63,213 bases of DNA, filler included, from Octopus bimaculoides (GCF_001194135.2; 7 parts of 6 records of this genome joined end to end with filler, not necessarily neighbours in it); one strand, 5' to 3'; shown: positions 10,214-20,694, counted from the whole stretch's first letter. Notes: generated by a model from the letters alone, not told the origin. Translations and numbers: made by a program.

Positions 10214-12056
10214 AATTCTCTTTATTATAGGCACAAGGCCTGAACACAGAGGGGACATACACAGACATGGGGGAACAAAAAACATATGAAAGAATGAATT
10301 ACAATGAATTAAATTACAATGAATACAAGACGGTTTTCTCGGTCCCGCTCCGAGACGAAACCGTGATTTCTTTCTTATAATTAAATGTTCTTACAGTCTT
10401 TTCTCTTTTTTCTTTTTTAGCTTGTTCTTTTTCTTACAGTCTTTTGTTGTTGTTTTTTGGATTATTCTTTTTCTTTTTTCTTCAAACTTTTTAACAGTCT
10501 ATTTTCCTCATTTTTTTTTTGGGGGGGGGGGTTATGAAACACAAATTTTACTTACTTGCTTTTAAATGTTCATAAAGGGTTTCAAATCTTCTAATTCCAT
10601 GACCGGTGGGAGCTCATCGAATTCGACTTCAACCCCCAGCGGGTCCATGCAACTTCCAAACATCTCTTTCAATTTCTCAAATCTGTCTCTGTCTATGACT
10701 ATTCTTTTAGTGTTTTCTGGGTATTTTCCTGGCGGTCGCTTTACTCTTACTACCGATTTATATTTTACAATCTTTTTTCTATTTCTGTACTTTTGGTATA
10801 CATGACCAAATGTCACTTATATCTCTTCCTTTTCACTTCTGTTTGCTTCAGCTCCTGTCCTGCTCTGTCTGGGTATGCAGAAACCTCATAACCAATATTA
10901 TAAATGCTTCCTCTTTCTACCTGTTGTAATGCTGTTTTTCTCTGTGTACCTTCTTTCATTACTACTACTGTTGGTGTTTTGCACCTATTTCTCTTTTCTT
11001 CTATCACAATCTCTTTTAGCCTCTTTTGACTGTCTGGGGAGAGTTAACCCGTTCCTTTCTCTTCCTCATGTTTACTAATGTGAAGGATTCCTCCACTCTA
11101 TCTGTCTCTTTGCTTGGAACTACCTCTTCAGTATTGTTTTCTTCACTTCGCTTTCCTTCTTGAGACATCTTGCTTTCATGTGCTCTTTTTTGCCATGTAG
11201 GAAGCATATTGGTGGTCTTTCTTCTACTGTTATTCAAAGTCTGGTGTCTTCTGGGAGTATTATTTCCTCCGTTTTACTATGTAAGTCTTCCAAAGATAAC
11301 TGCATAGTCACTTCGAGGCCATAGCCCCACTATGCTGTCCTCGTTATCTTGAGGATTTTCGCCCCTTCCTTCATATCATGCATTATGGCTGCCGCCAGCC
11401 ATTCTTTCTCAATTTCGGGGTGTACTCTTCCAACTCTCACTCTGGCAATGCGTTTGCCACAGTATGTCGGAAGTAGTATCCATTTCGTTGTCCATAACAG
11501 GTCTGTTGAGTGGTTTATGGCATCTTCTTCATTGCCAAGCCTTACTTCTACTGTACCATACTTTCTTCCACATGTATAGAATGTGGTCAATTTTTTACTT
11601 TTTGGAGGCATTCCTCTATTTCTTTTGTTGGGGCAAACTCTATCTTGTTCGAGGACATAGACAACGTTCTGTATACTACCGTCCTCTTCACTATGCTGTT
11701 CATCAGTTCTTTTGGGGGAGTCAGCTTTAGACAGGCTCCCTCCTTTTTTACGAATTTGCTTCCTTCCTTCCACTTTCTTGTGTCAATTTCTATTTCCTGT
11801 ACTTCCAGGGTGTTGGTATTTATTCCTTGGGTCATTGTCACTGCGTAACTTTGTCCATTCTCCATCTCTCCTCCCCTCTCCCGCAAATAGGGAATACACA
11901 GGTGCAAACAAAACAGTGACTAAAATTCAACAATTCAATGAATCTTGGTTCACCTGCGTGGAGAGACCTACAACAAACATACAATATCAATGCGTAATGA
12001 TTCAAACTCATGTCGAAGGATTCACTACCAACACCTATGAGATGTAGCAAAGAGAG
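10214..12056 (-). mobile_element. ORF1-only (half-LINE, HAL1-like) Tx1-related unit C
   Basis: ORF1 pieces 11587-11907, 11330-11773, 11016-11237, 10813-11007 and 10562-10816 are homologous to unit A ORF1. Degenerate knuckle CFLHGKKEHMKARC near 11170-11215. Stop at 10562 is followed by about 350 bp of 3'UTR ending AATAAAGAGAATT; no ORF2 sequence. Confidence 0.75.
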
Positions 12057-12376
12057 GCAACTCTGAATGAACTAAATAAAGCTTGTAGTTTTATGTATAA
12101 TTCAGTCAACATGTTGACTGATTTGTGTTAGTAGATCACCCGATCGAGATAAATAATGAAGCATTGGCACAAAGCAGTGTTTAGGGATGAGGACAATTTA
12201 GGTTAGTTGAAATATGTTTATCACATATTTCAACTGCTAAAGGCAAATACACTGCAGTTACCATGGAGAAAAATTCTCTCTTATGGTAAAAAAGTGTGAA
12301 AACACCTAGTTTGTTCAGTGTCGCAATCTGTTAAGAATTTCAGACGTCGATGCTTCTAGTATTTTGGCTCTTTGAC

Positions 12377-13503
12377 ACCAAAGTCTTATTAAGTAGGAAG
12401 GCAGACAAATCACAGATCTCTTGAGGTAGATGGCCCTGCTCAATCTATAGAAAAGATGTAGGTAGAAAATCCATAAGATGCACCCAGTGTAAACTTTGGA
12501 CACATAAAAGGTGCAGCAATATGGGAGGAAGGTTAACAAGGAAACTAGCTTCTATATGTGGAAGATGCACAGGTACAATAACTGCTGAAAATGGGTAGAA
12601 AATAGACTCCATCAACTGCCAGGGCAGCAAGCTAGAGGTAGTAGTTAGCTTCCATTATTTAGGTGGCCAAGTCAGTAGTGGAGGTAGATGCTCCGAGAGC
12701 ATAGCTGTAAGAATAAGATTAGGATGGGCAATGCTCAGAGAGCTCCTACCTCTGATGGCAACAAAGGGTCTCTCTCTCAGAGTGACAGGCAGATTGTTTG
12801 ATGCCGTGTGCGAACAGCTATGCTGCATGGCAGTGAAACATGGGTTGTGACAGCCAAGGACATGCATAGGCTTGAAAGAAATGAAACCAGTATGCTTTGT
12901 TAGATGTACAATGTCAGTGTGCATGTTCGACAGAGTGTAAGCATCTCGAGAAACAAGTTAGGCCTAAGAAGCATCAGACGTGGTGTGCAAGAGAGACAAC
13001 TGCACTGGTATGGTTATGTGATGCATATGGATGAGGACAGCTGTGTAAAGAAGTGCAGAGGTGTGAGAAGGTAGACCCAGGAAGACATGGAATGAGGTGG
13101 TGAAGCATGATCTTTGAACTTTGAGCCTCATAGAGGCAATGACTAGTGACTGAGACCTTTGGCATTGTGCTGTGCTTGAGAAGACCTATCAAGCCAAGTG
13201 CACCCATGTTGGTAGCGTATAAAGTACACCTTTTGAGCATTGAGCCTCATGGAAGCAAAGTAGCTGAGTTCCTTTCAAGCATTGGGCTTCATGGAGGCAA
13301 TGACTGAGACCTTTGACATTATGTCATGCTTGAGAAGAAGACCTGTCAAATTGAGCAAAATCACAGTCGTGGCAGATACCAACATTCAGCTGTAGAAAAC
13401 TATGCCAAATTAGACTGGAGTCTGGTGCAGTCTTCCAGTGTGCCAGCCTGATCAAACTGTCCAATGCATGCCAACATGGACAATGGACGTTAAATGATGA
13501 TGA
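12377..13503 (+). mobile_element. RTE-clade LINE, 5'-truncated 3' portion
   Basis: Translates TKVLLSR...LEVVVSFHYLG...MLHGSETW...LHWYGYVM...RPRKTWNEVVKHDL. Ends GGACGTTAAATGATGATGAT. Confidence 0.85.
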
Positions 13504-13509
13504 TATTCT

Positions 13510-13892
13510 TTTATTCTTTTACTTGTTTCAGTCATCTGATTGCAGCCATGCTGGAGTAACACCTTTAGTTGAGCAAATTGACCCAAGGACTTATTCTTTG
13601 TAAGCTTAGTATTTATTCTATCAGTTTCTTTTGCCAAACTGCTAGGTTACAGGGATGTAAATGCACTAGCATTGGTTGTCAAGCGATGTTGGGAGACAAA
13701 CACAGACACACACACATATATATACACAATGGGGTTCTTTCAGATTCTGTCTGCCAAATCCACTCACAAGACTTAGGTTGGCCCAAGGCTATAGTAGAAG
13801 ACACTTACCCAAGGTGCCATGCAGTGGGACTGAACACAGAACCATGTGGTTGATAAGCAAGCTACTTACTACACAGCCACTCCTGCACCTAT
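13510..13892 (-). mobile_element. tRNA-derived CORE-type SINE (Octopus OR2-like), full length, CpG-decayed
   Basis: Minus-strand head GGTGCAGGAGTGGCTGTGTAGTAAG, MIR-CORE-like ACCTTGGGTAAGTGTCTT, internal microsatellite, tail CCAGCATGGCTGCAATCAGATGACTGAAAC. Homologous to 54640-55125. Confidence 0.75.
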
Positions 13893-13951
13893 ATATGTAT
13901 ATGTATATGTATTATATATATATATATATGTATATATACATGTGTGTATGT

Positions 13952-13990
<39 letters not shown>

Positions 13991-14039
13991 TAGCAGAGAT
14001 ATCCGGCATTACCCATGTCACATGGAATTGAAGAATTAG

Positions 14040-15675
14040 ACTTTTTTTATTCATATTTTCTCTAAAAAACTGGAATATCTATGATTCGAATTTCATCAAA
14101 ATTGCATATGAAGAATTTTAATGAGGGTTCTTTCCTTCTTTACACACCCCAACAAAAATTCTAATCCTGACACATGTATCCCATACTGATCATCTTTATG
14201 TCCAGATTCCAAAATTTAAATCTTATGCAACGTATTGAAAAGTTTTTGCTCCTGAAAAATGGAGCTCATGGAGCTCTTTGTGGGAGTGAAGGCCCTATTG
14301 GTGCTGGTGGTGGTGGGGGATCTTAAAGTTAACCAGAGAAGTTTAATTTTTGGGAATCTTTTTAACTTGGGTCTTATATCTATTGTTCAAATTTCTTTGA
14401 AGTCGGAAATAAATGTATGTTCACTGGGTTTATAAAAGAGCAAAGCTACAGGAAATCAAAAGATGAATGATCACAATAAGCAGTCAGTTACCCTACCCTA
14501 GTCGTTACTACTCCCCCAGTGTAGGATTCCACACCATATAGATGACGGGCACAGCGTAAGATGCATTATGGATCTAAAGGAATTGGAGGGGCGTGACCCA
14601 ACTCAAATAAACATTAACAACTGTGTGACGTGAGGGCTAAGGGGAAATGAAAGTGTCATCTCTGGAGTTTGCCAATGATCACTATGCCGATAGGTAACTG
14701 GACAGAATAAATTTGCAATCTATAAATGTCTTTGAATAACCAGTCACTTATCTGGGAAGGCCTTGAAATCAATGTTACCATCTGGGGGCTATGTGTGACC
14801 CAGTGATAATAAAAAGACTCAAAGGAGCTCTGCAACCAAATAACTTTACTCAACACTTTGTAACTGAATCAGTGGAGGTAAAGATGCCTCTCCTTTACTT
14901 GACAATTTATACACCACATTGCAGAAATCACAATATAAGTTGTACCATTGAATGGCAAATAATGCTCATCTTTTATGCTCGGGTGACCCTACAGCTTCCA
15001 AGAGAAAAATTGTATCATCTTTGCTTAGGAAAAAATAACTAAATTGTGGGTGGTAAGTCCCCATTAAGGGGTCTTTGTAACTTCTAAGCTGAAATTTTAG
15101 AAATATTACTTCATTTGTGTCTAATATCTATGGTTAAAATTCCATCAGCAGCAAAAATATATGAATTTTCATGAGGGTTATGGCCTCATTTATGCCCCCT
15201 CACTTTCAAAGATATACTGCATTACATCTGCCCTTATGCATAGAATATACTTTCCAAATTTCATAAAGATCCATTCAGTACTTTTAACCTAGTTTTGGAT
15301 CATAAAAGTGACTAAAATTTGGGAGTATTAGCAAGTGTTAGAATTGTCAAGATAAGCAGAAAATTTTGGGAATACTTCTTGATGTGTGTCAATTACTCAT
15401 GGTTGAAATTTCTTCAACATCGAAAATTTATGAATTTTCATGGTGGGGTTCTGCCCCCTTTAAGCTGTCTCACCCGCCCTTATGCATTGAATCTAAGTTC
15501 CAAATATCATAAGGATCCATTCAGTAATTTTGGTCCATGAAATTGTATGAAACATACAGCATTATCCTTTTCCCTAGGCTTGGATTTTGTGTTCCAAATT
15601 TCATTAGGATCAGTGCAGTAGTTTTCAATTGTATAAGTAACACACATAAAGACATTGACTTTTATATAATAGATA
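14040..15675. repeat. Composite repeat with about 150-bp diverged subunits, possibly a Helentron/DINE-like non-autonomous element
   Basis: Subunits at about 15130-15290 and 15405-15535 share ATGAATTTTCATG...GCCCTTATGCAT...CCAAAT(T/A)TCATAA(A/G)GATCCATTCAGTA. Ends TTTTATATAATAGAT near 15675. Confidence 0.35.
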
Positions 15676-15696
15676 TGAATATGAACATATACATAC

Positions 15697-15743
<47 letters not shown>

Positions 15744-15945
15744 ATATATGTACATATATACACATAAAGATACATTGATAGATACAATTGAGTGGGCAAA
15801 CAAAAATGTGAGACACTGCCTAGTGCTTTTTTTACTTTGATAAGCCTGGTACTTATTCAATCAGTTTCTTTTTGTTAAACCAGTAAGCTATGGGGATGTA
15901 AATATTTGTTTTTTTACCTTGTTTCACATTTATATGCTCACTCCA

Positions 15946-15977
<32 letters not shown>

Positions 15978-15982
<5 letters not shown>

Positions 15983-16044
15983 TCTGTACCTGGCTTTCGT
16001 TGACATGGAGAAAGCCTTTGATAGGGTCCCCCGATCCCTTATCT
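15978..16044 (+). mobile_element. RTE-type RT fragment at a contig edge
   Basis: Translates KPLYLAFVDMEKAFDRVPRSLI. Confidence 0.7.
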
Positions 16045-16144
16045 NNNNNNNNNNNNNNNNNNNNNNNNNNNNNNNNNNNNNNNNNNNNTTAATTAATTAA
16101 NNNNNNNNNNNNNNNNNNNNNNNNNNNNNNNNNNNNNNNNNNNN
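16045..16144. other. Artificial 100-bp scaffold join N44-TTAATTAATTAA-N44 (also 20906-21005, 26934-27033, 39375-39474, 57749-57848, 60437-60536)
   Basis: Identical geometry six times. The 12-mer places stop codons in all six frames. Confidence 0.95.
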
Positions 16145-16211
16145 TTATATATATGTATGTATATATAAAAGAAGAATGTTTATAATTATGAACAAGTCAC
16201 AATTATATATA

Positions 16212-16259
<48 letters not shown>

Positions 16260-16322
16260 GGGAATATAAATCCAAAACTTACAGGGAAAAATTCAATTTG
16301 GCAATTCTTATTGAATTGATTG

Positions 16323-16357
<35 letters not shown>

Positions 16358-16362
<5 letters not shown>

Positions 16363-16462
16363 AGGCATGGCTGTGTCGTAAGAAGCTTGCTTCCCAACTA
16401 CATGGTTCAGTTCCACTATGAGACACCTTGGGCAAGTGTCTTCTACGATAGCCTCGGACTAA
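16358..16462 (+). mobile_element. CORE-SINE head fragment
   Basis: GCGCAGGCATGGCTGTGTCGTAAG...CACCTTGGGCAAGTGTCTTCT. Confidence 0.7.
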
Positions 16463-16544
16463 GTCAGGTTCTGTTGGAACTCCAGGAGCCTTGCATGTGT
16501 AGCAAGCTTACTGCCTGCAGCCTACAGTATCATGTTAACTGTCC

Positions 16545-16748
16545 TTTTCAACTATCAAATATTTTCCTGATTATCCTGGCCATGCCAAGGAGCCAAACCT
16601 TTTGAAAAAGTTCTACAGGGTACTCTATTCCAGTTTCCTTTATATCCCTGCTGATGCCTTTTGATACTGTCCCCAAGGACCCAACAATAATTGGCACTAT
16701 CTTCACCTTCTTCATTTCTCATTGCCGAGCTATTTCATATGTAAGAGG
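16545..16748 (-). mobile_element. R4/Dong-like LINE, C-terminal restriction-like endonuclease fragment
   Basis: Translates YEIARQ*EMKKVKIVPIIVGSLGTVSKG...[frameshift]LLGMARIIRKIFDS*. The 5'-truncated side lies next to an ATT-rich repeat. Confidence 0.6.
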
Positions 16749-17085
16749 AATTGCTATTATTATTATAATCATTATTATTATTATATCACTTCATTAATTG
16801 GTTGATCAATCAGCTAGTTTTTTCAAAGTCCTTTCAATGCCAACAATTAATCAAGCAATTAGTAAGTTAACTGGCTGAATGTTAATGAATTGGCTAAATA
16901 ATAACAATAATAAAAGAAGTGAAATAAAACCAGTGCTTGTGTCTATTAGTGACCAAACAACCCACCCAAAATACAACAAAATTTGTTTTAAAACGCAAAC
17001 CAAATACAAAATAGAACATTTATTTCTGGAAATGAAAATTTGTTTTGATTCTAAGAAATTTTTAGATATAAAATGATATACTAAC

Positions 17086-17231
17086 ATGTTTTGCTCTATA
17101 GAAAGATTCAAAAGATATGTGTAGCGAACTGTATCGACCGTTGGAACTAAGATGTTTCTGATGTCTTTTTCTGTGGATTCGAAACCTTTAATGAACTCAG
17201 TCCATGGCTTCCACTGACCGCGCAATTTGAA
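17086..17231 (-). CDS. DNAH12: Axonemal dynein heavy chain exon (AAA2-AAA3 linker)
   Basis: FKLRGQWKPWTEFIKGFESTEKDIRNILVPTVDTVRYTYLLNLSIEQN. Acceptor CTTTTTATAG, donor GTTAGT, 146 bp, phase 0 to 2. The W..W...I.VPT.DT.RY motif precedes the AAA3 P-loop in dyneins. Paralog assignment (DNAH12 vs DNAH7/3) is from memory and less certain than the dynein call. Confidence 0.88.
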
Positions 17232-17424
17232 CTATAAAAAGAAAGGGAAAAAAGATGAAAAGACATCAAAGGGTAATAATAAAGAGAAAAATAGGAATCA
17301 CTGAGTCATTTAGTTTCTTCAAACACAACAGAACCGACGAGATCTAAGCACGAACTGGAAGTAAAAGACTGTTATTAATAACTAATTTTCAGATTGCACT
17401 TGTTTGGCAAGTGACCGCATCAAC

Positions 17425-17475
<51 letters not shown>

Positions 17476-18119
17476 NNNNNNNNNNNNNNNNNNNNNNNNN
17501 NNNNNNNNNNNNNNNNNNNNNNNNNNNNNNNNNNNNNNNNNNNNNNNNNNNNNNNNNNNNNNNNNNNNNNNNNNNNNNNNNNNNNNNNNNNNNNNNNNNN
17601 NNNNNNNNNNNNNNNNNNNNNNNNNNNNNNNNNNNNNNNNNNNNNNNNNNNNNNNNNNNNNNNNNNNNNNNNNNNNNNNNNNNNNNNNNNNNNNNNNNNN
17701 NNNNNNNNNNNNNNNNNNNNNNNNNNNNNNNNNNNNNNNNNNNNNNNNNNNNNNNNNNNNNNNNNNNNNNNNNNNNNNNNNNNNNNNNNNNNNNNNNNNN
17801 NNNNNNNNNNNNNNNNNNNNNNNNNNNNNNNNNNNNNNNNNNNNNNNNNNNNNNNNNNNNNNNNNNNNNNNNNNNNNNNNNNNNNNNNNNNNNNNNNNNN
17901 NNNNNNNNNNNNNNNNNNNNNNNNNNNNNNNNNNNNNNNNNNNNNNNNNNNNNNNNNNNNNNNNNNNNNNNNNNNNNNNNNNNNNNNNNNNNNNNNNNNN
18001 NNNNNNNNNNNNNNNNNNNNNNNNNNNNNNNNNNNNNNNNNNNNNNNNNNNNNNNNNNNNNNNNNNNNNNNNNNNNNNNNNNNNNNNNNNNNNNNNNNNN
18101 NNNNNNNNNNNNNNNNNNN

Positions 18120-18159
<40 letters not shown>

Positions 18160-18204
18160 CATATAAATATATACATATATTTTTTCTTCTTTTTCTTTTT
18201 TTTT

Positions 18205-18305
18205 TTACTTGCTTCAGTCATTTGACTGTGGCCATGCTGGAGCACCACCTTTAGTCGAACCATGTGGTTGGAAAACAAGCTTCTTACCACACAGCCACGC
18301 CTATG
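18205..18305 (-). mobile_element. CORE-SINE, internally deleted (tail joined to head)
   Basis: CAGTCATTTGACTGTGGCCATGCTGGAGCACC followed directly by CCATGTGGTTGGAAAACAAGCTTCTTACCACACAGCCAC. Confidence 0.65.
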
Positions 18306-19119
18306 CATGTACGTATGTATGTGTCTTTATGTGTATGTTGCATGTGTGTGAAAACCAATGTAATCCACAAAGCCCATAAAATTACTTTCGCTGCCTACTC
18401 AGTTTGTAAATCTGAAATTCAAGCAACAAATAAATTTATTATAAAGCCAGAATACAGTAGAAAATCACAAAAAAATGAAGAATTATGCAATCCTTAATCA
18501 GCTTATGCATGTTTTGGGTAAATTGGCAAATTCCAAACCTCTGCAAAGCAGTTATCATGCATTTTAAATGATCTCATATTTTATTTGAGCAACTAAGATT
18601 AGAGAAAGAGAAATTTTACATAATCCTATCTTTATCAAAGCTATACAACACTGCTTGGAATTGAGAATATATTAAGAGATAATCTCAAACTGAGGACGGG
18701 TAACAACCCAGAAACCATGGTCTGTGAGTATCATGTAAGGCTGAAAATGGGAGCAATGACCTCCCTTACAAACACTATCTGGACACAGACTGTGTGTCGA
18801 TAGCCAGATGGGAAAGATGTTTTCCTGGGGCTTAAACAACAGTAACATCGTCCTTTACAGGACTGCCACATTCTGATTCTGTTGGTGAATAAACTTTACT
18901 AGATGGTAATAAAACTCACAGTATTTGATTAGTAGAAGGGGTAGAAAGGTATTTCAATAGAGATGCTTCAGTATAGTATTCATCAGATCATGACAGAATT
19001 GTAATATGATAACTTAGTTTCTTCGGTTCTACCTGTCAACTTGAAGAATCTTTATGGCAAAATTTCTGCCCCATTTAAACTAATATTGACCGATTCAAAT
19101 ATACAGAGGAGGTATTTAG

Positions 19120-19262
19120 AACCTTGCTAGATCAGATGGGAGCCTGGAGCAGCCTCCTGGCTTGCTAGTCCTCAGTGAAATCGTCCAGCCCATGCCAGCA
19201 CAGAAAGTGGACATTAAACAATGGTGATGATGGTAGTGATGATGATGGTGATGATGATGATG
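19120..19262 (+). mobile_element. RTE 3'UTR/tail fragment
   Basis: Homologous to 13390-13503 and to the reverse complement of 19820-19945. Ends in (GAT)n. Confidence 0.65.
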
Positions 19263-19454
19263 CACACATTTAATCAGAAGAAACTTCGAAACCTTTCCAA
19301 ATGATTGGAATATTGATCAGTGTACTGATTAAAGATAAACAAAAAAATACTCAAATTACCAATTTAATAAAGACAATGTTATCTCACTAAATTCCTCATT
19401 ATTTTCAAAATCGATTAAAACAAAGGCAGCGTACTTCAACAGAAATGCCCCAGC

Positions 19455-19680
19455 GGTTCATTACAACTGTTGAATCGGTGCTATTATATGGCAGTGAAAC
19501 ACGGACACTGACAAAGAAATTATCAAATAGGCTAAATGGATGCTACACAAAGATGGTATGAATGGCCTTAAAAGTGAAATGGCAGCAGCATATGACAAAT
19601 GAATGCCTTTATGGAGATCTGCTGAAGGTTAGTGAGAAGATGACATGCAAAAAGCAGCCTTATTGGACACAGCGCACATC
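19455..19680 (+). mobile_element. RTE/RTE-X LINE C-terminal ORF fragment
   Basis: Translates TTVESVLLYGSETRTLTKKLSNRLNGCYTKMV*MALKVKWQQHMTNECLYG. Confidence 0.7.
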
Positions 19681-19772
19681 TTAAGGGAAGTATTATCTGT
19701 CTGAGGTCCTTGTTGTGACTTGACAGATGACTAAAGACTCCGGTGCATTTTTAACTACACTGTGTTACGAAG

Positions 19773-19819
<47 letters not shown>

Positions 19820-19821
<2 letters not shown>

Positions 19822-19945
19822 CATCGTTTAATGTCCGCTTTCCATGCTAGCATGGGTTGGACGATTTGACTGAGGACTGGTGAAACCAGATGGCTACACC
19901 AGGCTCCAATCTGATTTGGCAGAGTTTCTACAGCTGGATGGCCTT
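19820..19945 (-). mobile_element. RTE 3' tail inserted in an (AAT)n tract
   Basis: TCATCGTTTAATGTCCGCTTTCCATGCTAGCATGGGTTGGACG..., flanked by (AAT)n on both sides. Confidence 0.7.
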
Positions 19946-20040
19946 AATAATAATAATAATAATAATAACAATAATGGCCACAGTCTTTGGGTTGAAATGC
20001 ATAAAAGAATAACAAATGAATACTAGCAAAGTTGACTAAC

Positions 20041-20229
20041 CTCAAACCAATAGTCATAGATACTAAATACCTCGGGTATTGGTATATCTATTTTACCGAT
20101 TGCCTTTGGAATTGGGTAGGACTCATTTTTGCCTAAATAGAGTTCTCGGAAGAACGAATCAAAGGCGAGTCTTCCATCCACGTCAATGACGGCGCCAATT
20201 GACCAAGGTATTGCAAACATAATGGCTGA
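20041..20229 (-). CDS. DNAH12: Axonemal dynein heavy chain exon, immediately upstream of 17086-17231
   Basis: SAIMFAIPWSIGAVIDVDGRLAFDSFFRELYLGKNESYPIPKAIGKIDIPIPEVFSIYDYWFE. Acceptor TTTTATTTTCAG, donor GTTAGT, 189 bp, phase 0/0. Splices in frame to give YDYWFE|FKLRGQW. Confidence 0.88.
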
Positions 20230-20377
20230 CTGAAAATAAAAAGAAAAGAAAAATATGAAAATATACAAATGAAATTAAATAAAAATATGAATGATGCTGT
20301 GCTGTAAATCATTCATTTTGATAACATACTAATTAATATATCGTTAGCTAATGAAATGTTGTTATTATAGTCTAGAC

Positions 20378-20658
20378 CAGTGGTTCTCAACAGGGCTCCA
20401 CATGATCTCTAGGGGGTTCATAAAATATTTAGTTGTTAATAAATTATGTACTACAAATTGGTTATACTTCCAAAGGAACGAAATATTTTAACGATTTTTT
20501 TAATACAATTCCTAATATTTGATAACATAATTATAATTATGATATAAAAAATGTAACAGTACTTTTTTTAAATATCGAATGGCTATCAGGGTCCACTGGA
20601 GCAAAATATGAATTAAAGGGATCCCTAGGTAAAAAAAAAAAATGGTTGAGAACCACTG
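20378..20658. mobile_element. hAT (Charlie-type) MITE
   Basis: TIRs CAGTGGTTCTCAAC / GTTGAGAACCACTG. 8-bp TSD GTCTAGAC / GTTTTGAC (6/8 match). Confidence 0.8.
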
Positions 20659-20694
20659 GTTTTGACTTATAATAAATGAGATTTGATTTGAGAA

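Noticed and set aside
12257-12272. RFX X-box-like GTTACCATGGAGAA, attractive near a ciliary gene
   Set aside because: Imperfect right half, deep in a repeat-derived region, and not near a plausible transcription start.
16089-16100. Recurrent palindrome TTAATTAATTAA (six copies)
   Set aside because: Always centred in exactly 44+44 N; an assembly linker, not biology.
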